Source: Psammoneis japonica (lineage: Eukaryota). Taken from it: 64,000 nt of DNA. Below are positions 24,361-38,093 of the stretch, piece after piece. How positions within the stretch are numbered: position 1 is the stretch's first letter; each line of letters begins with the position of its first letter. The notes under the pieces are model-generated. The model saw only the letters and a program-made list of their open reading frames with translations. It ran no database searches and had not been told where the DNA came from. A program made the translations under genes and the position numbers. The stretch spans positions 124,001 to 188,000 of the forward strand of contig QPGO01000070.1 of the NCBI GenBank assembly GCA_008632985.1, in the 5' to 3' direction.

Positions 24361-25101
24361 TCAAGACGCTAGCTTATCAAGAGGGTGAACTCTATCCTCC
24401 AATGAAGCGTTAAACGTTACGTCAAAATCGCACGGTGGCGGGCAACACTTGACTATGGATGCTTCCGTGCCTGGCTCTGCTCCAAGAAGATTGTTCATTC
24501 GAGCCATGGCCACCAATTGTTGCTGAAAGCCTTCGTTGCACAGTGCCACATTTCCTCGTTGCTTTCGGACATGCTTTACAGTTGCCAGTACTGGAGTCTG
24601 TGTCGTAATCATGTAGTAGGCTGCGGCAATCAGACCAGACCGATTCATTCCCGCCATGCAATGAATGACGCACTTTCCTTTGCCTTTTCTTGTGGATGAC
24701 TTTATAAAATCAAAAGCTTCCTTCCAGTGATTCTCCAATAGGGGATAAAACGGTTCATCTTCGGAAGTAATGCGATGGTATGAGATGCCATTCTCTTTAT
24801 ACGCCTTGACTACAGTTCTTTTCAGAGCAAGCGGTCCAGCCATGTTCAGAACAGCCGTGATTTCCAGAGCCTTTAAAAGTGCAATAGATTCCACGCTACG
24901 AGCGTTTCCCAAATAGACATGTTCAGTTATTTGGACCGGCAAATCGTTCTGTCGCAATGCTTGGGCTTGAATTTCGTCGTCCGACAATCCCTGTTTCCAG
25001 TCCAGACATTCGGCATCTCGGATTGCCCACACCCAAGACCAATCTTCCTCAATGGATTCATATGCCAGTGATGCCTCACTCTTTGAAGAGTTGGCTCCCA
25101 T
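24361..25101 (-). CDS. Dual-specificity protein phosphatase with possible N-myristoylation site
   Basis: MGANSS start, ITEHVYLGN, IHCMAGMNRS active-site loop, NEGFQQQL. Confidence 0.92.
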   Translation of the reverse strand: MGANSSKSEASLAYESIEEDWSWVWAIRDAECLDWKQGLSDDEIQAQALRQNDLPVQITEHVYLGNARSVESIALLKALEITAVLNMAGPLALKRTVVKAYKENGISYHRITSEDEPFYPLLENHWKEAFDFIKSSTRKGKGKCVIHCMAGMNRSGLIAAAYYMITTQTPVLATVKHVRKQRGNVALCNEGFQQQLVAMARMNNLLGAEPGTEASIVKCCPPPCDFDVTFNASLEDRVHPLDKLAS

Positions 25102-25644
25102 GGTGGAGAATAATAAGCACTTCGGAATGGATTGAGAATCAATCAGCAAATCCAGAATGAGACAACGACAAAGGCAACAAAATACATGCCGACCTCGTAA
25201 AAGTCCTTGGTGAAATCTTGAGTCGTGCGAGTGCAGCAATCCGCGAACGATCAAGTCGTGTTTGAACAGTTCGACTCATGTCCATGTTATCGTAGTAACT
25301 TGAAACTTGGAGGAACACTCCACGTAGAGTAGAGAGATGGTAGAGAGGAGTGCTACCGTAGCAGTCTAAACCTTAACCATCAACGCAGCAATAAAGGCAG
25401 AGAAATAGATGAAACACAAATCCAGGTTTGACGATGCTTTCTTCATCACGCATCGTTTCATCATAGACATTGATCACTGAAAACGTCGGAGACATATGTG
25501 ACTTTACCTGTGTAAGTATTTCCGCGTTATTCAACCAGAAAAATGCGAGGATGCAGTTGTTACTTATAATGTTTTATTCAACTTTGCTTTCAATTGGAGC
25601 GCACTTGTTAAACTTGCACTCGAATCAAGAATGCATCCACCCTT

Positions 25645-26816
25645 TTAATTGTTTTGATAGGTTGCATTGTACCACTCCACGGTTTGGCCAATTCCCTGTT
25701 CCAATGATACGGTTGGATTGTATCCAAGGAGACAATACGCCTTGGTAACGTTCGAGCACGTGTATGGCACATCGCCCGGTTGTTCTTGCTTAACGACAAT
25801 ATTGGCTCGCTTGCCCGTGGCGTTTTCAACCGTTTGTATAAAGTCTCGCAACGAATTCGGCACGCCCTTGCCCAGATTCAAAACCTCAAAGGCGGGTTGC
25901 GGCCGATCCATGGCGCGTACAATGCCCTGTACAATGTCGGAAATGTACGTGTAATCCCGCATCGAATCGCCGTGCCCGTATTGCTCTATTTGCAGTCCTC
26001 GACTAATGCGGTCGATAAACTTGAAGGGTGCCATGTCAGGACGACCGCGGGGTCCGTACACGGTGAAGAATCGAAGGCCCGTGACGTTCAAGTCATACAA
26101 ATGATGAAAGGTATACGAAAGCAATTCGGTTGCCTTCTTTGTTGCTGCATACGGACTAATGGGACGATCATCTACAGACGTTGCTTCATCAAAGACTCTG
26201 GAACTCGATTCGCCATAAACAGAGGACGACGATGCAAAGACAAAATTCTTGACCTTGTATTGACGAGAAATTCAAGCAGCCGCGTTGTGCCCTCCACGTT
26301 GGAATGAATGTAGACAAACGGTTCATCGATACTGGGTCGAACCCCGGCTCTTGCTGCCATGTGACAGATCCATTCAGGTCGCTCCTTTTCAAACACGTCC
26401 TTCATAAATATCTCGTCTGCCACATCGCCCTTGTAGATACTCAATTGTTTCTTGTCTTTTGCTTTTCTTCTGAGAATTTCTAGATTCGCCTCTTTTATGC
26501 TCACATTATAATACGAATTCATTTCATCCACAACAATTACAGTGTCGCCTCTCTCCAACAGAAATTCAGAAACATGACTACCGATAAAGCCAGCACCACC
26601 CGTCACCAAGACTCGCTTATGCCCCATGTGTGGTTCATTTTGTGATGGTGGACATGATTGTTGTTGGGAAGTAGTAGAAACTGCTTTTTGGCGTAGGAGC
26701 GCTTGACCCGGATTGTGAAAATTGCAATTTAGATGAAACCCAAAAAACTGAAGCATAAGCAAAAGAGAAATTGACAAGACAACAATAACTGTTGCATTGT
26801 TGATGAACGCCGTCAT
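25645..26816 (-). CDS. UDP-glucuronate 4-epimerase-like extended SDR with membrane anchor; 1-nt frameshift near 26268
   Basis: VLVTGGAGFIGSH, HMAARAGVRPSI, FASSSSVYG, SPYAATKK, LRFFTVYGPRGRPDMA. Confidence 0.9.
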
Positions 26817-27323
26817 GGTGACGACTCTCGCCGTGTAGAGGGAGTGAAGTACTCTTGCGATGTAGTGACAAGTGACCGACTGCGCGGGGCATCTTCGCTT
26901 CATCAATTGCCTCTGCCGTCACAGAAGAAAGCGATTTCCAACTTGCGTTGAAAACCATTTTGGTGGCATATTGAGTCCCGAGAACTTATCTACATGTCCT
27001 GCACTATAAATACATCATATCAACTTTCAAATTTTTGATCCTAATTATTCATTGCTTATATGCACGATTCATTTAAAAAATGGGAACTAACGGACCATAG
27101 ATTATATATATTTAATTCACATTCAACTACTAATAAAAAGAATACATATGAATTTTTGAGCAAGCAAGCCGAACGTTGAGAATCATCAGTCATCATCTGC
27201 ACCGAAGCCACAGCAAAGACACAGAAAAAACCGTCGGAATGAATGAAGTACCGGTTGGTTAGGTACCGGTGCGATAGTGTTATTTTGTGAACCCACAATA
27301 CAAGAAAAGAAAGCAACAACACC

Positions 27324-29937
27324 ATGGCAATGAACGCAACCCGTTTAGTCCGCTCGAGACTAACAAGAATTGCCGTGCTGGCCTTGTTTCCGATCTTGAA
27401 CCAGTTCTTTGTATGCGTCTTTCTGCTCGATCCATCACTGGAACAACATGCACATCATTTTCTGTCTCGTTGGAACTTTTATGAAAAAAAAGTTCCTTGG
27501 TTACAACGACCACGAACCATGTATGTAGAAGGCATGCCAATACGGCATGCTACTGCCAAACATCGAACGATTGATTCAGAAGAGTCAAAGAAACAAATAC
27601 AGTACGCCATTCCGACCGCACTTTGTGGGAACGAAGAGGAGGATTGTTTTGTCCCCGGAAGGTGGCAAGAAACCAACAATATGACGTGCAATTATCTTCA
27701 TGAAGTTGATTTACTGAATGCCAACGACCTCAACATTATCGGCAAGGGGGGCAAACGATTGGTGCTTTCCAAGGAAGATGTAAACGGCACAGCAATAGCT
27801 CTAAAATTGTTCAAGTTTCGAGCGGATCGCGACGACGATTTTGGACCCATGACGATTGAATTGCAGCGGCGTGATGCCTTGGTGCACGAACAATTGTCGT
27901 CGTCGCCGTACATTGTCGACCTTTATGGGTATTGTGGTACGTCTGCCATTTACGCCTTTGGCGACGGTGGTCAGTTGGGAGAAAACATTGAACGAGACGG
28001 ACCGATCCGAAAAGCGGAAGTGTTGCAACTGCGCATCAAATAGCTGCATCTGTGGCGGATTTGCATCATCCAGATGACGAGACGGGTCAACCCACTATTA
28101 TCCATTCGGATATTCACGGTGAACAATGGATCAAGGTGAATGGCAAGTACCAGTTGACTGATTTCAATCTTGCAAAGCTTGTAAAGCGATCTAAAACAAC
28201 AAATAAGAATATGCCGATTCGACGAGATGTGGTTGATAATGTGAGTGACTTTGCTGTACAAAGTGATATGTTATCTCTTACTTTGCGATCCTGACCGTTC
28301 TTCTTCGTATCCATTCTTTTTCCCAGTGGTTCTCTCCGGAGGTACACCTTCAACAGTACCATGCCGAAAATATTGGAACAGAAAAGATGGACGTTTGGAA
28401 CATGGGCAACATCCTTTACTTGATTCTAGTGGGCACTCCACCCTTTGACGGTCTGGGTCGCCAAGAGGGACATGCCTTGATAAAAGAGCACGAGCGTCCC
28501 GAAATTCCATCACAACTACGCAACAGCAAGGGTTTTGTAGTTCAAACCATGATTTTCGTGATCGACTGGTGCCTTCAAGAAGACCAAACCAAACGACCAT
28601 CTGCTCGCGAGGTTGCGGACTATTTGCGTACATCTATCAAGGTCCCCTTTGACTACAGAAGGGAAGCCTTCAACCGACCGAGACGTTTTCCGTCCGTTGA
28701 GGAGAGGGTCAAACGATACATGTCCAATTGGTATGTTCCACCTTGCGACTCTACTGCAACAATACAATATCAAATGTTGCACAGCGACGAAGACCAGCGG
28801 CCACGCGTATTGGTGAGAGAACTTGCCACGAATTACAAGCGTACCCATATTGTCGAAATTGACTCGGAGGTACAACAAGACACCATCATGATGGTGAACC
28901 CAACAATCTTGTCAAACGACAAGAAGGTTCCACACGCAGGCTACCAAGCCGATGTCATCCAGACCGCCTTGCCACTCTTGGATTCGTTGCAGGACAAACC
29001 ACTCTTGATGCAGTGGGGTGACCGAGTGTCGCTGCACTTGGATGAAGCAGAACCGTACGATTCGACACTTGCCATTCCCCACATGAAAAAGTGCCGGCCC
29101 ATCATTTCCAAAGTAGAACTCGAACGCATGACAGCAGCCACGTGTTATAGAGCAAACGACCGTCCACAGTCTAACACCGTTTATCGTCCTGGAGCTACAC
29201 ACGAACCTATTCTGTGGAAATTGGATAGTCATCGACTTATGGGTCCCATTGCTGATGCGATCGTTGCGGATAAGCCCTGGAGCGAGAAGCAAGCAAAAGC
29301 TGTCTTTCGAGGAAAGCTTACGGGACACGCCATGGATGCCAAACGCAACAAGCTCTTTGCGAAAGGCCCAATGAATAATGAAGAATATTGCAATGCCATT
29401 GAGCGCTGCCGTTTCGTTCTCGCGCATCACGATTCAAGTCTAATTGATGCGCGCCTCACGGATTTGCTCGGCAAGCCTCTGGATCCAAACATGATTGGCG
29501 TCGACTTGTTGGGTGAAAAGATGGAGCTCTACGAGTTGCTGGACTACAAAGTAATCATTATTCTGGAAGGCAATGATGTTGCGTCGGGTCTGCGTTGGGC
29601 CCTTCGGAGCGAATCGGTCGTCATGATGCCACCGCCAACCTTTTCGTCATGGGTTATGGAAGAGTTACTCGAACCATGGGTGCATTACATTCCATTGATA
29701 GATCCCAATTTCAATGATGTGGAGGAAAAGATGCAGTGGGTCTTGGCGAATGATGCAGAGGCGCAGCGAATCGCCCACCGTGGAAGTTTATGGATCAAAG
29801 ATCTTTTGGAGCACCCCGATTCAGAACGAGATAGTATGGAGATCAACAAGCAAATACTGGAGCGCTACCAGAAGCTCCTGGAACCCTCGGATCAGCTTGA
29901 GTCAATGATTGACGACTCCTCCGATCAATTTTTCTAG
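27324..29937 (+). CDS. Protein-kinase-like domain fused to a glycosyltransferase family 90 (CAP10/KDELC-like) domain; frameshift near 28032, intron 28241-28326
   Basis: Kinase motifs IGKGGKR, ALK, HSDI, LTDFN, SPE, DVWNMG and RPSA run in frame into the GT90 motifs PWSEKQAKAVFRGKLTG, LEGNDVASGLRW and LEPWVHYIP. Confidence 0.85.
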
Positions 29938-30139
29938 CAGGTATGCTACTCACTGACCACTATAGACATTGGTTAGAATGTTAACTACTCATGCTATACA
30001 TGCCGAATCCCTAGAGCTGTTCAAATGGTGGAAGGATGTTGCCACAGGTTTCAACTCTCTAGAGCTAGAGTAGAAAAGTAAAGAGAGGCTGTGGCAGGTG
30101 TGTGTGTGCAGTCTAAGTAAACGAGTTAGTCATAGAGTA

Positions 30140-31760
30140 GAGATGTTTGATTCGGATGCTGTTGTGGCCCACTTTGCATGGAATTGCCATGTAAGAAGAT
30201 GGAGATTGTGGCTGTTTTCTGTTCTGTTGACTCAAAGCTCCTGATGATTGCCATCATCCTTCTGTGTGGAAACTTGCAAAACACACCAAAGTCAGGTCGC
30301 TCCAAGGGGGGCTTTGCAACAAAGAAGGCTGTCGCAGCCAAAGAAACAGAGAAAGGGGGTGGGGGGGTTGGATCCTCATGGCATGCCGTGAAGCAGTGCT
30401 GGCTGCTCCTTCAATTCCTCCCAGAGTGCAGAAGCACCCCTTTGCACCCATGCCAACATTGAAAGGTGTTGGCAGGAAAGCAGAACCTTTGCCTGCTTGG
30501 TGTGTGGGAGATGTGATGACTGCCTCTGCTCAAACATGAGCTGCCAGTCCACCATGTGTGGCAAAGACCTTGAGTGCACCAAGAAGCTGGACAAACATGT
30601 TGCACTGACAACAACAAGCTGTGGTGCAGCACCAAGTGTTGAGGCACTCTGTTGTTGGCTGTTCATGCTGTCTGGAAGTGGCGCTGCATGCTGTGCAGTG
30701 CACATGGTTTTTTTGACATGACAAAACAAAAAAAGAGCAAGCAACACCTCAACTTTGTTGGGAGTGTCATCATCATCACCTTCTGACTTGCCTCTTTTCA
30801 ATTGAGGAGGACAACAGCACAGCAGCGGAAAGGGCCACAATTGGAGCTCAAAAAGCTCTGCTTGCAATGACAAATCTCATGACAAACAAAACTCTCTTGA
30901 ACCATCTGTTGTGCTGGCATCATTGTTGGGCAGGCTTAAATGAGAATCTGCCCATTTCTTGAGTGTGAGTGTCTGACGCGCACTTTGTGAATTGTTGACA
31001 GTCCAAGCACAGCAGCACTCGCTGCCATTGGAGTCAATGGCAGATGATCTTTTGATGCTGCAGAGTTCAGCCACAAAGCAACAACAGAGCCCAGTGGCAG
31101 AGTGGGGTAAAAAGCAGAGTTTTTGGAAACTCTGCTGTCAGCGCATCTTGCGACATTGTCAAGAGACGGAAATCACAGCTTGGCTGTGCTGAGAGAATGT
31201 TTTGGGCTGCACTGTCTCTGAGTGAGCATCAGCTCAGAGAGCCTCTACAAGCTGCTTCATTCTTGATTTTATGGCAACATTTTGTGCCAGCATGTTTGGG
31301 CACTTTCAGAGCCAAACAGACTTTTCATGACAAAAAGCACCACACAAAGTTGTCTGTCAAAAGTCAAAAGTGTGCCCAGAGTCTGCTGCAAGCAAAGTGC
31401 TGGTTCTCATCCTGACTCTGGAGGCTGTTGCTGGTGCCAACATTTCCAGTCCAGAAAGGCAGCAAGCATCTAACTAAAGCAGATGTCTGATGCTGGCTTC
31501 ACACTGCCAAGCGAAGCCCATTGTTGTGTTCTGTCTCAAAAATGAGTGTGGGGAGTGACTTCAAAAGTCACGCAAGTTGAGGTGACACTGGCAGTTGAGA
31601 GTGTGCAGCAACTGCATGTTTTCTTCAACACTCTCAGACCCTTCGGGGTTTTGCACCATGGCAAAATTGTTTTCCTGCTGTTTGTGCAGGATGTGATGGA
31701 CAAGAAAGATCTCGATGGTGTTGTTTGTGTTTTTTTAGATGACATCATCAGGTTATTGTT
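30140..31760. other. TA/CG-depleted degenerate block
   Basis: Abrupt loss of TA and CG relative to the flanks. No intact ORF. Confidence 0.6.
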
Positions 31761-32053
31761 TCTGTTCGGTAACGCGCCTGGAAAGTGGAAAGAAACGTTG
31801 ACTTTTTCTGACGTCACATACTTGATAGTATACCCAAAATAGTAGCCATAAGGTATTACGGATTGAATATATTTCAGAACGTTTTTATTGTTTTGGTGTA
31901 ACGATGACGTATGTGTCTCCGTCGTTAGCGACGATCGTCGCTGGAAGATCGATCGAGAAAAGAGAGCCATCAACTCGCATCACAAAATCCGTTCGATCCC
32001 AAAGAACATTATTTGCAGTTGCTATCACCGTATCTAGCTAGTATCCGTTCACA

Positions 32054-32426
32054 ATGGCTCCCCTCAAGATCGCTCTTCTCTCCGCTCTCGTTGCAAGTGC
32101 TTCGGCATTCAACATCATGCCCGCGTTCAACGCAAAGGTCGCAGCTCTCAGTGGTGCCTACGAAGACTACATGAACGCCCGTGCGAAAGAAAACGCCCCT
32201 CCCGCTCCGGCACCCGCGCCTGCTGCCCCTGCTGGTGGATCACTCTTTGAGGAATACATGGCATCCCGTGGTCATGATAGCTTCGGCGCCCGCTGCCCCT
32301 GCAGCAGCTGCTCCTGCCGCCGCTTCGTACTCTCCTCCCGCCGGTGGACCCAAGAGTGCCAAGCCACTTCCCAAGGTTGGCAAGGAACACCCTGCTTCTT
32401 CTTCGAACTACCTCGGAAGCTTGTAA
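32054..32426 (+). CDS. Small plastid-targeted Ala/Pro-rich protein; frameshift near 32278
   Basis: MAPLKIALLSALVASASA-F presequence and two (Y/F)E(D/E)YMxxR repeats. A second frame continues the APAA repeats to SNYLGSL-stop. Confidence 0.75.
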
Positions 32427-33042
32427 GGCGTACTTGGATAGCCAATAATTGGCATTCTACGGTTCTCATGAGGTCAGAATCCGCCTCTCAATTCATATCT
32501 GGGACGATAAGAACCATGCTTAGCGTAACGGTTTTCGAGCCGTTGTAAAATAGTTTATCAAGTGATTTGCGTACCAGGGTATACGTTATTCCCTAAGAGT
32601 CATGCATTTAAACCGCGCTTGAGTTCGCTTGTTGTTGTTACTGCTTTTGCTGTCGTTTCGAACTCTTTCGTCATCTGCCCCAGCGTTGGAACTATGCGAA
32701 CCCACGCGCGACAAAGCTAAAGGCGAGCGGTGATGGCGTGTGGCGTGGTGGGTCCTATCTAGTAGAAGTAGCTAGAGTTTCGACTCTAAAAAGCTATCTA
32801 GTAGGAACCTTTGCGGCAATCAGTCACTTCAGTTGCTCAAAAGATCTGTGTCCATTGGCAACCCAAACTTGAACGCCACAGTGTACTCTATTCTTCTTTT
32901 GCAACTAGGGTTTGGACTAATTGCAGCTTGATCTAATCAAAGACTGCGGATGATTTCCTATATTGACAAGGGACCTGCTACACTACTCTACATGTATTCA
33001 ACTGCAGTTTGTGATTAGCTTAAGTTAGAGGTGAAATCTCCA

Positions 33043-33827
33043 TCAAAACAAATCTTGAAGAAATCCACCTAGCATCTTTTTCTTGTGTTTCTTGGCCAGA
33101 GCCGCCTCAGTCTTGGCCATTTTCTTGGCATACTTTTGCGACTCCTTGACTTTGCTCTTTACTTCGGATTGAGCATCCTTGGCCATACTTTTTGCTTCCT
33201 CCAGCGCCGCCTTGGCCTTGTCAATAGCCTCCTGACTAGCGTGTTGCTCCTTGAGATTTGTCAGTTCTTCCAATTTCTCTGTTTCTTCCTTTGCAAGCTT
33301 ATCCACTTGTGTTTGAGCCTTGTTGGTTTGCTTTTCCAAGTCTTCCTTGTGTTTGGCAATTCGGCGTTCTACCGTTTCATTGTGCAAACGCGCGCGGTAC
33401 TTGTCGGCCACTTTGCGATTCACGGCAATTTGTTTCTTGGATTCGGCCGACAATTCAAATCGTGCAGCTTGCTTTCTCTTTAGCATATCCAGATATTCCT
33501 GATTTTGCTTTGATTCCTCCTTGCTCTTCTTGTCGTCGCCTCCTCCTCTGCTCGTTTAAATGGTAAGTCATACCAGCATAGTTGCGTTTTGCGTGTATGT
33601 GTGTGCAGAATTGTGGAAGCGTTCAAAACCAATCAGATATAGCTTTTTTCCTGAAAAACAATAAGACACAGATACAAAAAAGTCTCGTACCTTGGAACGT
33701 TGATCCGATCCACAACAAAAGTGCGCTGTGCCGCAGCAATTGCAGCAAACGAGGAGACGGCATCAGCACGACACGAAGCGACGCTTGCAAACACCAGCAG
33801 TAGCGCCATGGTTGTGGAGGCATACAT
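33043..33827 (-). CDS. Signal-peptide, Lys/Glu-rich coiled-coil protein; exons 33827-33691 and 33547-33043
   Basis: MYASTTMALLLVFASVASCRA. Intron gtacga...cag joins VPR^GGGDDKK in frame with ORF 33043-33486. Confidence 0.75.
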
Positions 33828-34913
33828 TATTATTGTGTTGAAAGAAACGTAAACTTTTGTTTCCAGAAAAAATGAATGGACACAGTGAAGAAAAAACTTG
33901 AGGTTGAAGGTGACAAGAATGGCAAAGGCTTTCAATGTAGTACGGTAGCAACAACTTCAGGATGAAAGTGAGACCGCAGTGTGACACGTGACGCGATGCG
34001 TGATGGTGAGATGCGTGACAGCGAAGATCTTTCAGCGATCGGCAGGGATTTGCATCATAAAATTTCTTCGTTAATTAAAATTATTTTGAACATGCCGGTT
34101 TGACTAGAGCAACCACCCAGAGCAGATTGCAAGATGACCGATTGCAAGGTCTTTGATGCAGGCTTCGATGTCTGAGACTTGGACAGATAAAATTCAGGCA
34201 ATGTCATGTCAAACATTGCCTTGTTCATGACTTGAACTGCGTTGTGAAGGCTTTTCACTTAAAAGCAGAAATTAGAAGCTTGAGAAATGACAAGAATTTT
34301 TTCAAGTGCTTTGCATGATTTGATGCAGCTCTGGTTGGCTCCACAATTGAGGAGGCCAAGCAGTTGCTCTGCATGTGAGGCAGAGGCAAGTCACACTTGC
34401 ACATCTGTGCTGATGCTTTCTTGAGATTCTTGAGCATTCTGACATTCAATTTCTCATTGATTTTGTCATGGATTTTTTGCAAATCTCTCCAACGGGCCAT
34501 CTGGGACGCCAACAATCTGGGTCTGACCGTCCGCCACAATCTGGGCATTTCTTGACTTTAATGCCAGATTGTTGTCAACTTGTGAGCCAATTCTCTCCTT
34601 GAACACAATGTGAGAACTGCACAAGTTTACAAGCTTCTAAAACCCAAATCGCTTCTCACTTTTAAGCATGGTCATTCTTTTCACACAATGCTGACCTGCG
34701 CCCCAATTGACATTTGCTGTTTCTCGTTCTTTTAACACAAATGTTGCTGCTTGCAATCCACCCTCATTTTCTCCCAACTCATCCTACATTTTATCTCTTT
34801 GCCATGTCTTTTCAAATCCAAATTCCCAATTGCCACACGTTCCTGCATCCAAACCGCATTTCAGAATGTTTTTTTTTATTTTCGCTTGTCCAGATTTTGT
34901 TGTTTGTTTCAAA

Positions 34914-36044
34914 TTACGTTTGCACACCAGTTTGGTTGGTGGCCATTGTGGCATTTGCTGCCGCTCTGTTGCCTGCAGCCACCACCTGCAATGGCAGGTC
35001 CTCTCCCATCGGCGCCGCCCATCCTTCCTCTCTCTCCTTTCTTTTTTCCTCTCTCTTGCGTTTCTTGTTTTCCTCCTGAGACAAGTTCGTCTTCTCTTGC
35101 CTTCTCTCCTTGAACCATGCACAGAATCCCTGGTTGTTCTCTCTGTCTTTCACCACCCACTGATGCAGATCATTGTGCTTCTTGATCCCCTCCTTGCTCC
35201 ATCCTTGGTGCCTCTTTGCCGATTCCCCCGCCACCTGCACTGTGCACTTTGCAGGAGCAGCGTCTTTCACAGTTGGCTTTCTTCTCCTTGCAACATTTTC
35301 TTCCTTTTCCAATTTCTCTGCCGTGTCCTTCACCTTGTTGCAGTGGTTCAAGTGCGCTGGCAGAGCAAACGCCTCTGACAAAATGGAAAGCCACTCCTGA
35401 AGCATGTCGGTTGTGCTTCTGCCAAACTGCGCTTGTCCCACCACCGTCGGCACCACAGTTTCCAAGAACCATGTGCATGTGTCCTTGTCATTTCTTCCCT
35501 TTGTCAAATCTTTGCAATCCACCAGCGATCCCTCTAAAGCAGCAACTGCACAGACAAAAGCAAAGGAAGCGACACTCATCCCGTTGGACAATCGCCTCCA
35601 ACACAATCAACGGCACGCACACATCTGCTCACCTGTCATTCTCCTCCCAATGTTGTCCTGCACATTGTTCCTCTTTCAGTTGAGTTTGGTCCTGAACACC
35701 TCTTTGCACTCTCCCCAGAATGCCTCCGGTGAAGACGCCATGCTCCTCAACTCCTGCAGAACCAACTTCATGTGATCTCCTCCTGCAGCGAGTTCATGAT
35801 CGAAGATTGTGAACTTGCGACATGGCCAAACACTCTCATTGACAACCTTTGTCAACATTGATGCTGTCAATTTCTCGCCCACTGCCGGTGCATGATCCAA
35901 CACAAGACATCCCTCTGTGGGAGTCACCACCGAACTTGAATCCCCACCTGCACACTGGAATCTGTTCAATTCCCCATGTTCGTTTCTTTGTGCATGCAAC
36001 AAGGCCACCACCGCAGGACTCATGGTGACTTCATGTGACACCAC
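34914..36044 (-). pseudogene. Degenerate TE-associated ORF (SEAFAL...KxT...GWSKEGI...VxxDR type)
   Basis: The motif order is recognisable in ORF 34914-35606, with presumed Tyr codons read as Cys/His. Confidence 0.5.
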
Positions 36045-36789
36045 ACAGACAAATCCAAGAACTCTGTCAGTTCATCAGCCACTCTTTGTCATGTCCTTTC
36101 TCAACCTCACTCACCGCTGGAAGTTGCACTTCCTCCCTCCGTCACTCCTGTGAGAACTGCACCCTCCATCTTTTTTACCTTCCCAATGGCTTCCTCTTGT
36201 TTGGAACTTCCGTCCTTTCCTGTCGCTTTGTGAAAGGCAAGTTGCGAAACGAACGCACTTTGCATGTGATTTTCTCGGTTTTGTTGTTGCTCGCGTGTCC
36301 TCTCTTGATTCAAACAGGTCTTTGTGTCATTTTTGAGTGCTCATTCCCAACCCCATGTTTGAATTTCTGTCAACGTTCCACTGTTTTGAATTGTGCGCCT
36401 TTGTTGGCCAATCCAGTGCACCAATGAAGATTGCAACATCATTTGGATCAATGCCAAACAACACATTGTATCTCCTTGTGTTGGTGCATGCATTGCGCCT
36501 GCTTCCTGATGCAACATCTGTTTCATTTGGTTTGTCAAGTCGTGTCAAACCTCCTGTTTGTTTGTGCAAATCCATGTCGCTCATTGTCTCATGTTAATTT
36601 GTCCCTGTCTTGACAGGTCATTCTCTCCACTTCCCCGACACCACATCTCTCCAATTGCTCTCTCCATTGCCCAAATTATCCAATCCACTTTCAATGGCTG
36701 CCAAAGGGTGTCATTGTCACTGAGACATGGCTGTTGTGAGTCGTTCCCGTTGTGGGAATGCGCGTTCCCTCCATTGCAATCACGTGCCA

Positions 36790-37485
36790 CCAATTGATGA
36801 TCAAATTGGTCATTTTGCTGGCGGTGGTGTGGAATCACATGGTGGTGCGGCAAGCTTTGCCTTCTTTGCCGAGGTCATTTGTAACCCCGCTCTCCCTGCG
36901 GCCCAAATTCAAAGCCCTTTTAATTTCCTCGACGTTGGTGGTGGTGTTGGTGGTTTTGCGATTGCCTGTCGTTTGCTTGTTCCTGCCTGTGATGCCTGCA
37001 GCATCGAGTTCCACCGCCCCCGTCATGATTTGGGCTCTCAGTGGTGTGGTGCCATCTGGCATGACCACACCAGTTGCTGTCCTGCCCTGATCAATCAGGG
37101 CTTCCTCTCTGAAGATGATGCTGTGCATCGGTTGCACCGTCTGAACAACTTAAAGATTTTCTTCAACAACTGCAATGGGCGAATGCTTTTTGACAACAAT
37201 GCGACACAGAACCAACTCAAGGAGATGCTGTCCAATGAGTGTCCTGAAGGCACTGTCGTTGTTTCACTGGACATGATGTTTTGTCTGTCTGCCCAAAAAT
37301 GGAGGCACGGAGCATTCTTTGTTCCTGCCTGTCCAGACAATCTATCGTGGGGAGGTGGTGTCGATGGGCACCTGCTTCACAAGCACACCAAGAAAAGAGA
37401 TGATGCCATGGAGCCAAGGCATTCCACTGGGAACAACCCAGGGTCTGACATCAAACAAAAATTCAAGCCTGCCAAAAGTGGGTGA
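36790..37485 (+). pseudogene. Class I SAM-dependent methyltransferase, DOT1-like, hypermutated
   Basis: S[H]GG, FLDVGGGVG, SIE, KIFFNN, CPEGTVVVSLD follow the DOT1 order YGE / DLGSGVG / GxE / FxNN / GxxIVS. Confidence 0.55.
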
Positions 37486-37640
37486 CTTTGCAGTTCCCCT
37501 TTGTTTGCAATGTAACTTTCTTCCATGCAAGCAATGCATTGTTAATTGGCCCTTTACACAAACCTGCTTTTTGCCTCTACCAACTTGCCACTTCACCAGT
37601 TTTGCATTCCAACAACTGCTTGTTCACACGCTTGCTGTGT

Positions 37641-38093
37641 TCACATGCTTGGTGTGTCGAAATTGTGGACCAGACATGCCATGTTCCTGCGATCCGAGTT
37701 CGTTTTGTTGGGCAAAGCTCGGTGCAACATTCTTGCATAAAAAACAAATGCAGTGCCTGCTTCTCCAACCAGTGATTGTTTTTCCAAACCCAACCCAACC
37801 AAGTGTCTTTCGCGTTCCTTCTCATTCAATGTCACCTCACAACTGTCCGGCCATGTCTCAACTGCACCATTGTGCTCCGTTGTGTCATTGAGGAACAGAA
37901 ACATGGTGAAAATTTTGTTGCCAGGTGATGATTTTGTTTCCACATAATCGCGATGAATTTCCCCCTTTGACCAGAAGTTTGATCTTGAACTTGAAGCAGG
38001 AGCATTTGCTGCTGTGTGCCGGGATGTCTTTCTGCATGAATCACCTGCCAGGGGAAAGCCAGGAATTGACTCCAACATTTTTTCTGCCAACAC
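37641..38093 (-). pseudogene. 2-oxoglutarate/Fe(II) dioxygenase, PhyH-like
   Basis: IHRD...FTMFLFLNDTTEHNGAVETWPDS...GEAGTAFVFYARMLHRALPNKTNSDRR gives the HxD..H..R motif. Confidence 0.75.
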
